From Alphaproteobacteria bacterium (GTDB taxonomy: Bacteria; Pseudomonadota; Alphaproteobacteria; SPJN01), in contig CBDDFN010000010.1 in the NCBI GenBank assembly GCA_965227065.1, positions 9,098 through 73,097 on the forward strand: a stretch of 64,000 bases of DNA, read 5' to 3'. Position numbers and translations under genes: made by a program. Of this stretch, positions 29,652 through 38,138 are shown piece by piece; positions within the stretch are counted from its first letter, which is position 1, and each line of letters opens with the position of its first letter. The notes under the pieces were generated by a model. The model did not search any database, was not told the origin of the DNA, and saw only the letters and a list, made by a program, of their open reading frames with translations.

Positions 29652-30533
29652 TCAGGATCGTTCCCGGTCATCCAGCAGCGCCAGCCCGAAGAACCGGCCC
29701 TTGATGATCCATGACAAGCCAAAGGCCCACATGGCAATGGCTTCGACAATGAAGGTGACATTGTTGGGGTCCCACCAATGAACATCATGGCCATTGATCT
29801 GTTCGACAGCCGTTTTGGTCCCCATTGCCAGCAGCACGCACACAATGGTGATGGCCGCCGCGCGATAGAAGAAATTGCGGCGGCGCTTGGCAGGCTTGAG
29901 ATTGCCTTGCGCATCATAATGTTCGCCGGGGATGATGCGGGTAAACACAAAGCCCGAATAATAGGCCAGAAACAGAAAGAAGATCACCGCCGTCACATTA
30001 TGGATCATGTCGGAGGGCTGGATCAGCACGAACAAATCGGCCGTGTCGGGCGGCAACACCCCGATGGCTTCGCCGGGCGTGCCGGTGGACTGGAACGACA
30101 AAAATGCCCGGCCATCAAACACTTGCTTTTCGCACCCGCTATGAGATGCGGGGAAAAGCGCGTTGGAGAGCGCGCACAGGCCCGCCAGTGTGGCCAGCCG
30201 GTTTTCCCATTTGTTTTCGCCGCTATAGGCGATGAGAAACGAGCCGATAAAAATCAAGCTGGCGGAAAAAACACCGCCCCAGAACCGGGCATAATAATAA
30301 TGAGATATGGAATCATAATAACAAGCGCCGAGAACTGATCCCAATAACAGAACAAGGGGCAAGGTCAGAGAAATGATTCCGACCATAGCCGCCATCAATC
30401 TCTGACGAATACGATAATATTCGTTTTCAGGTGCCCTCGCGCTCGAATCGGGTTGAAATCTCTGTTCCGGCGCGTCGATGAGTAATGACATCATGTCCCC
30501 CGACATGTCCCTCAACGCAAAATATATCCCCAC
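29652..30533 (-). CDS. Hypothetical polytopic membrane protein (AT-rich, foreign-looking codon usage)
   Basis: 293 aa with ~7 hydrophobic segments. The DNA is strikingly AT-rich relative to flanks (e.g. ataataataatgagatatggaatcataataacaagc). Confidence 0.5.
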   Translation of the reverse strand: MGIYFALRDMSGDMMSLLIDAPEQRFQPDSSARAPENEYYRIRQRLMAAMVGIISLTLPLVLLLGSVLGACYYDSISHYYYARFWGGVFSASLIFIGSFLIAYSGENKWENRLATLAGLCALSNALFPASHSGCEKQVFDGRAFLSFQSTGTPGEAIGVLPPDTADLFVLIQPSDMIHNVTAVIFFLFLAYYSGFVFTRIIPGEHYDAQGNLKPAKRRRNFFYRAAAITIVCVLLAMGTKTAVEQINGHDVHWWDPNNVTFIVEAIAMWAFGLSWIIKGRFFGLALLDDRERS

Positions 30534-30801
30534 GCACTTTTCATTTTAATAGTACATTTTCACTATTTTTTGACGGAATAGGGTCTTGGCTGCGCCCGCC
30601 CGCCCACGTCCGCAGGGCGTGTCTGCCCCTGTATCTGCAGGTCGGCGCCGGTTCAATGCTCCCCCCTTTTTATTTCGTGTACAGTGTATTATAAGTCGCT
30701 CGCTTCCATTCACGCGTCGCGGTGAGCGGAACACGGGCAGGGCTTTGGGGGGCCTGGGCTTGACCGGCATTTGCCGCGCGCACAGCCAATACGGGGCCAT
30801 T

Positions 30802-31653
30802 ATGTCCAACACATCCACACCTGATGCTCAGGCCAAGGCTGACGAGGTTTCAGCCAACGTCAATGAAGAGCAGAACTATGGTGCCAATCCCGTCGAAATG
30901 CGCGAGACCGATCACTATCAGGACGAATATGTCTACGGCTTCGTCGACAAATGGGACCAGCTCATCGACTGGGAGGCGCGCGCCAGGTCCGAAGGCCAGT
31001 TTTTTATCGATATTCTCAAGGCGCGCGAGAAAAAGACGGTTCTGGACGTTGCAACCGGGACAGGCTTTCATTCTGTTCAGTTGATGAAAGCAGGGTTTCA
31101 TGTCGTTTCCGCCGACGGGTCAGCGGAAATGCTGACCAAGGCGTTCGACAATGCGCGCGACCGCGATCTGGTGCTGAAAACAACACAGGCCGACTGGCGC
31201 TGGCTCAATCAGGACATTCACGGCAAGTTTGATGCCGTCATCTGCCTGGGCAATTCCTTCACCCATATTTTTGACGAGCATGACCGGCGCCGCGCCTTTG
31301 CCGAGTTCTATGCCGCGCTCAAACATGACGGCATCCTGATCCTCGATCAGCGCAATTATGACGCCATTCTGGATGTCGGCTTCCAGTCCAAGCACAAATA
31401 TTATTATTGCGGCGATCAGGTGTCGGCCGAACCTGAATATGTCGATGACAGCCTCGCCCGGTTTAAATATGAGTTTGCCGACGGCTCAAAATATCACCTC
31501 AATATGTTTCCTCTACGAAAGAATTATGTCCGCAAGCTGATGACCGAAGCGGGATTTCAGCGCGTGAAAACCTATGGCGATTTTCAGGAAAGCTATGAGG
31601 AAAACGAACCCGACTTTTTCGTCCATGTCGCGGAGAAATCTTACGATGAATAA
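30802..31653 (+). CDS. Glycine/sarcosine N-methyltransferase (GSMT)
   Basis: ATG 30802. GNMT-fold motifs VLDVATGTGFHSVQLMKAGF, DAVICLGNSFTHIFD, ILILDQRNYDAIL, FFVHVAEK parallel the GNMT/GSMT family. Confidence 0.85.
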   Translation: MSNTSTPDAQAKADEVSANVNEEQNYGANPVEMRETDHYQDEYVYGFVDKWDQLIDWEARARSEGQFFIDILKAREKKTVLDVATGTGFHSVQLMKAGFHVVSADGSAEMLTKAFDNARDRDLVLKTTQADWRWLNQDIHGKFDAVICLGNSFTHIFDEHDRRRAFAEFYAALKHDGILILDQRNYDAILDVGFQSKHKYYYCGDQVSAEPEYVDDSLARFKYEFADGSKYHLNMFPLRKNYVRKLMTEAGFQRVKTYGDFQESYEENEPDFFVHVAEKSYDE

Positions 31654-32485
31654 GCAAAGCCCCGAAGCCATTGAAATCGCTGAAAATTATTATGACAGCA
31701 CGGATGCAGACAATTTCTACCATGCGATCTGGGGCGGCGAAGATATTCACATCGGCCTGTATGAGCCCGGCGATACGATTGCGGAAGCCAGCCACAAGAC
31801 CGTGCTGGCCATGGCTGAAAGGTTGTATGGCCTGGATCACACCTCCAAGGTGCTCGACATCGGGTCGGGCTATGGCGGGGCGGCGCGCGTTCTGGCGCGG
31901 AAATATTCCGCCCTTGTGACCTGCTTGAACCTGTCCAAGGTTGAAAATGACCGCAACGCGCAAATGAATGCCGACCAGAACCTGGCCCACAAGATCACGG
32001 TGGAGCATGGCTCATTCGACGCCATCCCGGCCGATCCCGGCAGCTTTGACATTGTGTGGTCACAGGATGCGATCCTGCACGCGCCCGACCGGCTGAAAGT
32101 GCTGGATGAAGTGGCACGTGTTCTGAAGCCCGGCGGTCAGTTCATTTTTACCGACCCCATGCAGGCTGACGGTTTGACTGACACCGACGCGCTGACGCCT
32201 ATTCTGGAACGGATTCATCTGCCCAACCTTGGTTCAATCGAGTTTTACCGCAAAGCACTGGCCGAACGCGGCTTTGACGAAGTGCGGGTCGATGTGCTGA
32301 CCCATCAGTTGCGCGCCCATTATGCCCGCGTCGGTGAAGAGCTTGCAGCCCAGCGCAGCGCTCTGTCGGACAAAATTTCCGATGAATATGCCGAACGCAT
32401 GCTCAAAGGGCTGCAACATTGGGTGGACGGTGCCGACAAGGGATTGCTCGCCTGGGGCATCCTGCATTTCAAAAAGGCGGGATAA
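31646..32485 (+). CDS. Sarcosine/dimethylglycine N-methyltransferase (SDMT)
   Basis: ATG 31646 overlaps the GSMT stop (ATGAATAA). SDMT hallmark YYDSTDADNFYHAIWGGEDIHIGLY and SAM motif VLDIGSGYGGAARVLA. Confidence 0.85.
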   Translation: MNKQSPEAIEIAENYYDSTDADNFYHAIWGGEDIHIGLYEPGDTIAEASHKTVLAMAERLYGLDHTSKVLDIGSGYGGAARVLARKYSALVTCLNLSKVENDRNAQMNADQNLAHKITVEHGSFDAIPADPGSFDIVWSQDAILHAPDRLKVLDEVARVLKPGGQFIFTDPMQADGLTDTDALTPILERIHLPNLGSIEFYRKALAERGFDEVRVDVLTHQLRAHYARVGEELAAQRSALSDKISDEYAERMLKGLQHWVDGADKGLLAWGILHFKKAG

Positions 32486-32578
32486 TGCCCGCCCCGCCGG
32501 CCCGCCACGGGCGCGCCACCCAAGGTTGGCTCAAAGGGACTGAACCCCGCCGTTGCACTGACGGCAAAAAGCCTTGTT

Positions 32579-34033
32579 TTGGTCTTTGTCCTGTTTGGCG
32601 TGTTGATGCAGGACAGCGCCTCGGCGCTGTTCACCACCCTGAAAGACGGCATTATCGCCTCGGTGAGCTGGTTTTATATCGGCGCGGTAACCGGCTGCCT
32701 GATCCTTGTTATCTGGTTGATGGCCAGCCGGTTTGGCGCGATCAAGCTGGGGCGGACCGATGAAGAACCGGAATTTTCGTATGTCAGCTGGTTTGCCATG
32801 CTGTTTGCCGCCGGCATGGGCATCGGCCTGATCTTCTGGAGCGTGGCGGAGCCGGTCACCCACTTTATCGGCAATCCGTTCGTGGCCGATGGCGAGACAC
32901 CGCGCGCCGCGCAGGTTGCCATGCGCCTGACTTTTCTGCATTGGGGTCTGCACCCCTGGGCGATCTACGCTTTGGTCGGTTTGATCTTTGCCTATTTCGG
33001 TTTCCGCAAGGGCCTGCCGCTGACGCCGCGCTCGGCCCTGCATCCCATAATCGGTGATCGCATCTATGGCCCGATCGGCCATACGGTGGATATCTTGTCG
33101 GTCTTTGCCACAACATTCGGCGTTGCCACCTCGCTGGGGCTGGGGGCCAAACAGATCAATACCGGGCTTGAGCATCTGTTTGGCCTGTCAGTGTCGACAG
33201 GACATCAATTGCTGATCATCGGGGTGATTACGCTGATCGCGGTGACGTCGGTCGTGTCGGGCCTGGAACGGGGCATAAGGCTGTTGTCGGAAGCCAATCT
33301 TTGGCTGTCGGTCGTATTGCTGGGCTTTGTGCTCAGCTTCGGGCCCACCGCCTATATGATTGACACGCTGCTGCAATCGACGGGCGACTATCTGCAAAAC
33401 ATTGTGGCGTTGAGTTTCTGGACCGACGCCAATCAGAACCGCGGATGGCAGGCAAGCTGGACCACATTTTACTGGGGCTGGTGGCTAAGCTGGGCGCCCT
33501 TTGTGGGATTGTTCGTCGCGCGGATATCGCGCGGACGGACCATACGTGAATTTGCGTTCGGCGTGCTGCTGGTGCCAACCTTGCTGACCTTTGTATGGCT
33601 GTCGGTGCTGGGAGGCGCCGCCCTTCATGCCGAACTGCATGGCGCAGGCGGGATGGTGGCGGCGGTGCAAGACGATGTGACCTTGTCGCTTTACGCGCTG
33701 ATCGAACTGCTCTCACCAGGGGTGATCGGCACCATCATGGCCGGTGTCGCAACCATTTTGATCATCACCTATTTTGTAACCTCGTCAGACTCCGGCACGC
33801 TTGTGGTCAACACCATCTTGTCGGTCGGTGACACCAATCCACCGGTGACCCACCGGGTGATCTGGGGGGTCAGCGAAGGGGCGGTGGCCGCCGTTCTGCT
33901 GCTGGCAGGGGGATTGAAGGCGCTTCAGGCTGCGGCGATTTCGGCTGCTTTGCCTCTGGCCATTATTCTGGTGCTGATGACTTACGGGTTTATCAAGGCG
34001 CTTTATCAGGACATGCCCAGCAAGCATCACTGA
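32579..34033 (+). CDS. BCCT family transporter (betaine/carnitine/choline type)
   Basis: 484 aa. BCCT signature region FAMLFAAGMGIGLIFWSVAEPVTHF and a Trp-rich TM8-like segment (GWQASWTTFYWGWWLSWAPFVGLFVARISRGRTIREF). No ATG/GTG precedes TM1 in frame, so the start is TTG 32579 or CTG 32558. Confidence 0.85.
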   Translation: MVFVLFGVLMQDSASALFTTLKDGIIASVSWFYIGAVTGCLILVIWLMASRFGAIKLGRTDEEPEFSYVSWFAMLFAAGMGIGLIFWSVAEPVTHFIGNPFVADGETPRAAQVAMRLTFLHWGLHPWAIYALVGLIFAYFGFRKGLPLTPRSALHPIIGDRIYGPIGHTVDILSVFATTFGVATSLGLGAKQINTGLEHLFGLSVSTGHQLLIIGVITLIAVTSVVSGLERGIRLLSEANLWLSVVLLGFVLSFGPTAYMIDTLLQSTGDYLQNIVALSFWTDANQNRGWQASWTTFYWGWWLSWAPFVGLFVARISRGRTIREFAFGVLLVPTLLTFVWLSVLGGAALHAELHGAGGMVAAVQDDVTLSLYALIELLSPGVIGTIMAGVATILIITYFVTSSDSGTLVVNTILSVGDTNPPVTHRVIWGVSEGAVAAVLLLAGGLKALQAAAISAALPLAIILVLMTYGFIKALYQDMPSKHH

Positions 34034-34506
34034 TCCGATTTCGGGATTTCGCCGACATCGAGAATGGGCGAAGCGTCGAGCGCTTCGGCGTCCATCATTT
34101 GCGCCACCCGTTCCAGCGCGGCGCGGAGCATATGCTGTTCCCAGACCTCTAATTTGGTGAATTCGCGGGTAAAGTTGGACTGCATGAGTTCGGGTGCATC
34201 GGCAAGCCGGGACTGGCCCGCCTCACTTAGGGTCACCTCGACAACCCGCCGGTCGGTTTGCGAGCGTGTCCGTGTCACCAACCCGGCACGTTCAAGCCGC
34301 TCCACCACAGCGGTCACGGTGGCATGGGCAAGACTGACATCCTGGGCGACCGCGCCGATGGAGGGCGAGCCTTTCCGGCTGATCGATTGCAGGACGAGCA
34401 ATTGGGGAACCGTGAGGCCGGAGCGTTTCACCAGCTGTTTGGAATGCAGGTCAATCGCGCGGGTGATCCGGCGAATGGCCACCAGAATATCATCAAACTC
34501 GTCCAT
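34027..34506 (-). CDS. MarR family transcriptional regulator
   Basis: Winged HTH (LTVPQLLVLQSISRKGSPSIGAVAQDVSLAHATVTAVVERLERAGLVTRTRSQTDRRVVEVTL). Confidence 0.8.
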   Translation of the reverse strand: MDEFDDILVAIRRITRAIDLHSKQLVKRSGLTVPQLLVLQSISRKGSPSIGAVAQDVSLAHATVTAVVERLERAGLVTRTRSQTDRRVVEVTLSEAGQSRLADAPELMQSNFTREFTKLEVWEQHMLRAALERVAQMMDAEALDASPILDVGEIPKSDQ

Positions 34507-34571
34507 GCATCGGGCATCCAAGACAAAGAAGCCGGTCTTTTATCCCGTTCCCGGCGCGGGGAAAAGCGGCT

Positions 34572-35862
34572 TTACGCTTCATCCAGGAAACTCTTCAGCG
34601 TTTCATAAAGCAGCTTGGCGCCCTGTTCGATGTCATTCCAATGGGTCCATTCGTCAGGCGCATGGCTGATGCCGCCCACCGAGGGGACGAAAATCATGCC
34701 CGCCCGGGTAAACTCCGCCATAAACTGGGTGTCATGGCCCGCCCCTGAGGGCATGGTCTGGTGGCTCAATCCCAATTGCTGGGCAAAGTGGCTGAAGCGG
34801 TCAATCACATCGGGGTGGCATGGCGCGGGATCCAGCCAGCTCAACTCATCAAAATCAAAATGCAGATTGTGTTTGCGCGCGATGGCCGACAGGGGTCTTG
34901 CGGCAGGCCAAACCGATGGCCTTCATCACCTCAAGATCAATATCGCGGCCAACCAGAGAGAATTCCGCCTCGCCGGGAACCGTGTGGGGATTGCCCGGTT
35001 TCAGCTCAACCTTGCCGACGGTCAGCCGGCTTTTGTCGGTGCCTTCCTCGGCAATGATGCGCGGGATTTCATGGGCAAAATCAGCCAGCCCCATAAAGGC
35101 GTCCGAGCGCATATTCATCGGCGCGGTGCCCGCATGGTTGGCCTTGCCGCCAAGGCGCACCATCCATTTGAACACGCCCGAAATGCCTTCAACAACACCG
35201 ATCTGCTTGCCGGTCTGTTCGAGCACCGGGCCTTGTTCAATATGCAGCTCACAAAAGGCGTGGACAGAGCCCGGTGCGCGGCGCGCATCAAGCGCACGGT
35301 CGGGATCAAAGCCCTGCGCGGTCATGCAATCGGTCAGCTTTTCGCCCGATGCCGTGCGCGCCTGATGGATCCATTCAAGCGTCGTCGTGCCGGTCAGCGC
35401 CTGCACACCGAACATGCCGCCAAACCGGCCCTCTTCATCGGCAAAGGCCACCACTTCAAAGGGCCGTTCCGGCGGTGTGGGCAATGCGGACAAAACCCGC
35501 GCGCATTCAAGGCCCGCCAGAACCCCCAGCGTGCCATCAAACATGCCGCCTGCCGGAACACTATCAATATGTGATCCGGTCATCACACAGGGCTTGTCGC
35601 TGTCGAACCAGCGGCCAATGACATTGCCCGCCTCATCCATGCGTGCGGTGCCGCCCGCTTCGGTGATCTTGGCCATCAGCCAGTGACGCGCCTCCATATC
35701 CTGGGCCGTGAAGCCAAGGCGGAACACGCCGGGTTCCTCGCCGCGCTTGCCGATCTGGGCCAGTTCAAGAAGGTCAGACCGCAACCGGTCAAGCACGATA
35801 CCGTCCGCCGGGGCGGTGTCTGTGCCGGGTTGAACGGACATGGATGATGATTTGTAACTCAT
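34572..35862 (-). pseudogene. M20-family Zn-amidohydrolase (N-carbamoyl-L-amino-acid hydrolase / allantoate amidohydrolase type), split by a single frameshift
   Basis: Two adjacent minus-strand ORFs (35862..34855 and 34844..34572) together cover one AmaB/AllC-like protein (GSHIDSVPAGGMFDGTLGV ... HAGTAPMNMR ... GAGHDTQFMAEF...IFVPSVGGISHAPDEW). The frame changes near 34880-34895 (...AIGLA | AARPLSAIARKHNLHFDFDELSW...). Confidence 0.7.
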
Positions 35863-36079
35863 TGTGCCTCGTCTTTAGGCATTTACACGCAAAATAATTA
35901 TAATGCCTTCGTCAAATTTGACGACCGCGATTCGTTTCTTTATGATCATAAACGTGACCGGCCCCGAAGAAAATTTCTTGCGGGGCTTTCGTTTTTTGCC
36001 CACCTACGCGGGCCCAACGCAAAGCGAGAGAGCTCCGCCCCTTCGCGTGACCTTTAGCGTTAGAACAAATATCTTCGCT

Positions 36080-36463
36080 ATGCTGATCGGCCTTGTCGCT
36101 GTTATCGCCACCCCCGCGCTCGGCCTCGAGCTGCGCAATGCCGACGCGCGGGCCGGATTTGCAAGCCTGGGCTGGACCGATGCGCCCGATGGTGAAGCCG
36201 TGCTTGAATGGAATGACGGCACGGGCTGGCAGGAACTTTATCGCGGCACCGACAAAGCAAGCACCGTCACCGGCCTTGACGAAGGCGCGTATCAATTCCG
36301 GCTTGTCGCCCCCGATGGTACAGTGTCCGAGCCGTTGACCTTTACGGTTGAGCATCACGCGCTGAGCCTTGCCCTGCAATTTTTCGGGGCCGGGGCGCTC
36401 TTGTTCGTCTTGCTGATTGCCCTGCTTGTCCGGCCCACCCCCGACACGGGATCGCCGTCATGA
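36080..36463 (+). CDS. Small exported/membrane-anchored protein (signal peptide, beta-rich domain, C-terminal TM), coupled to the SSS transporter
   Basis: MLIGLVAVIATPALG signal, then ...WTDAPDGEAVLEWNDGTGWQELYRGTDKASTVTGLDEGAYQFRLVAPDGTVSEPLTFTV (FN3-like pattern), then a TM. Stop overlaps the SSS start (ATGA). Confidence 0.5.
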   Translation: MLIGLVAVIATPALGLELRNADARAGFASLGWTDAPDGEAVLEWNDGTGWQELYRGTDKASTVTGLDEGAYQFRLVAPDGTVSEPLTFTVEHHALSLALQFFGAGALLFVLLIALLVRPTPDTGSPS

Positions 36464-37887
36464 TCGAGCACGCCGTGCTGGCCCCGCAAACAGCCGCCAT
36501 CATCATTGCCCTGTTCGGTGTTTTCTGGATCGGGCTTGGCTGGTGGATCGGCCGGTCCAACAAAACGCTGGATGATTTCATGCTGGCGGGCCGCAATGTC
36601 GGGCTGGGGCTTGCCGCAGCCACCGCCATGGCCACCTGGGTGACGTCCAACACCACGATGGTGGCCCCGCAATTGACCTATCAGCTTGGCATTTGGGGGA
36701 TGGTCGGCTATTCGCTCGGCGCAGTCGGGCTGCTGCTGTTTGCCCCGCTCGCCCGGCGGATTCGCGAGATCATGCCGCACGGCTTTACCAGCGGTGATTT
36801 CATCCGCCGCCGCTACGGTACGCTGGCCTGGGCCGTCTTTCTGATTATATCCTTCTTCTATGCGCTGGGCTGGCTGATCACGCTGGGCATGGCCGGTGGC
36901 GTGCTGGTCGAGGCCCTGTCTGGTATTCCCTATCTCTACGGCATGTCGGTGATTGTGCTGGTCTGTACGCTTTACACCGTCTTTGGCGGATTGCGCGCGG
37001 TGATCGGCACCGACTTTGTGCAGACCGTGATCATTTTGGTGGGCGTTGCTCTCATTGCTTATCTTGTGCTCGACAAGGTCAGCTTTGAAACCATCCACCA
37101 ATCCCTTGAAGCGGAACGTCCGGGGCTGCTCAATCTGTTGCTGCCCGCCTCGATCATGTTCTTGTTCAACAATCTGTTTTTCGGTGTGGGCGAGATTTTC
37201 CACTCCAATGTGTGGTGGAGCCGCGCGTTCGCCTTCGGCCGCCATGTTGGCTTTAAAGCCTATTTGCTGGGCGGACTGCTGTGGCTTCCCGTCCCGATTG
37301 TGGCCGGTTTTGTGGCGCTGGCAGCGCCGGCACTGGGCGTCAATGTGCCGTCCGCCGATATGGTCGCGCCGTTGGTGGCGGGACAAGTGCTGGGCGAAGT
37401 TGGGGCCATCCTGGTCTTTATCGTTGTTTTCGCAGCGCTCGCCTCAAGCCTTGATTCGGTGCTCGCGGCAACCGCGGACCTGATCAGCAATGACATTGTC
37501 AAAGGCCTGTTCTGGAAAACCGCCAGCGATGATCAACTGCGCAAGGTCGCGCGCAACACGATCCTGATATTGGGCCTCGCTGTGTGGCTTGTCTGCTTGA
37601 TCCGGGTGTCGACCCTGGGCGAGTTGTTGCAGTTCACCGGCGCGTTTGTGGCCAGCACCATCTGGCCCATTGCCATCGGGCTTAAAACCAATCGCCTGGG
37701 TAATCTGGGTGCCGCGCTCGCCATGGCTGTGGGGACCGCCACCGGCCTGTGGGCGTTTTTTGCCATCGGCTTTTACACCGCCGCTTTGGTCGCAACCGGC
37801 GTATCACTCATCATCAGCGTGATCTTTGTGCTGAGCGACGGCACACGGTTTGATTTCGAAAAATTGCGCGAGGAGGCCTCCTCATGA
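36460..37887 (+). CDS. Sodium:solute symporter (SSS) family transporter
   Basis: 475 aa, ~13 TM. SSS family features (FMLAGRNVGLGLAAATAMATWVTS; GGLRAVIGTDFVQ). Confidence 0.85.
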   Translation: MIEHAVLAPQTAAIIIALFGVFWIGLGWWIGRSNKTLDDFMLAGRNVGLGLAAATAMATWVTSNTTMVAPQLTYQLGIWGMVGYSLGAVGLLLFAPLARRIREIMPHGFTSGDFIRRRYGTLAWAVFLIISFFYALGWLITLGMAGGVLVEALSGIPYLYGMSVIVLVCTLYTVFGGLRAVIGTDFVQTVIILVGVALIAYLVLDKVSFETIHQSLEAERPGLLNLLLPASIMFLFNNLFFGVGEIFHSNVWWSRAFAFGRHVGFKAYLLGGLLWLPVPIVAGFVALAAPALGVNVPSADMVAPLVAGQVLGEVGAILVFIVVFAALASSLDSVLAATADLISNDIVKGLFWKTASDDQLRKVARNTILILGLAVWLVCLIRVSTLGELLQFTGAFVASTIWPIAIGLKTNRLGNLGAALAMAVGTATGLWAFFAIGFYTAALVATGVSLIISVIFVLSDGTRFDFEKLREEASS

Positions 37888-38003
37888 TTTCAGCTGCCTT
37901 TCTGGAAATGCTGGTCTGGCCCGCGCTGATCCTTGTTTCCCTTTCCCCGGTCGTCCTGATCGGTTTGTTGCTTAAAGACGTGAAGGACAAAACCCTATGG
38001 TGA
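37884..38003 (+). CDS. Micro-ORF: 39-aa single-TM peptide, ATGA-coupled to the SSS transporter stop
   Basis: MISAAFLEMLVWPALILVSLSPVVLIGLLLKDVKDKTLW; AGGAGG lies 7 nt upstream. A second 36-aa ORF (37997..38107, MVTEDLKDQVEFDRSRPDIYGDVHPKELIPEYSGRL) overlaps its end. Confidence 0.3.
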   Translation: MISAAFLEMLVWPALILVSLSPVVLIGLLLKDVKDKTLW

Positions 38004-38138
38004 CAGAAGACTTAAAGGACCAGGTCGAATTTGACCGGTCCCGCCCCGACATTTACGGCGATGTTCACCCCAAGGAACTGATCCCAGAATATTCAGGAAG
38101 ATTATGAGCCTTTAACGGGGCTCGATAGCCAGCACATC

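Noticed and set aside
32419-32763. 114-aa + ORF spanning the SDMT stop and BCCT start (MPAPPARHGRATQGW...)
   Set aside because: It sits out of frame across the N-terminal TM helices of a clearly real BCCT transporter and has an Arg/Pro-rich composition. It was considered as a way to supply an ATG start for the transporter, but it is in the wrong frame.
35961-36000. Interpreting the leader hairpin as another copy of the 87-bp border repeat
   Set aside because: Only an ~11-nt core (CGAAGAAAATT) matches and the rest of the unit is absent. It is kept only as a remark inside the control-region finding.
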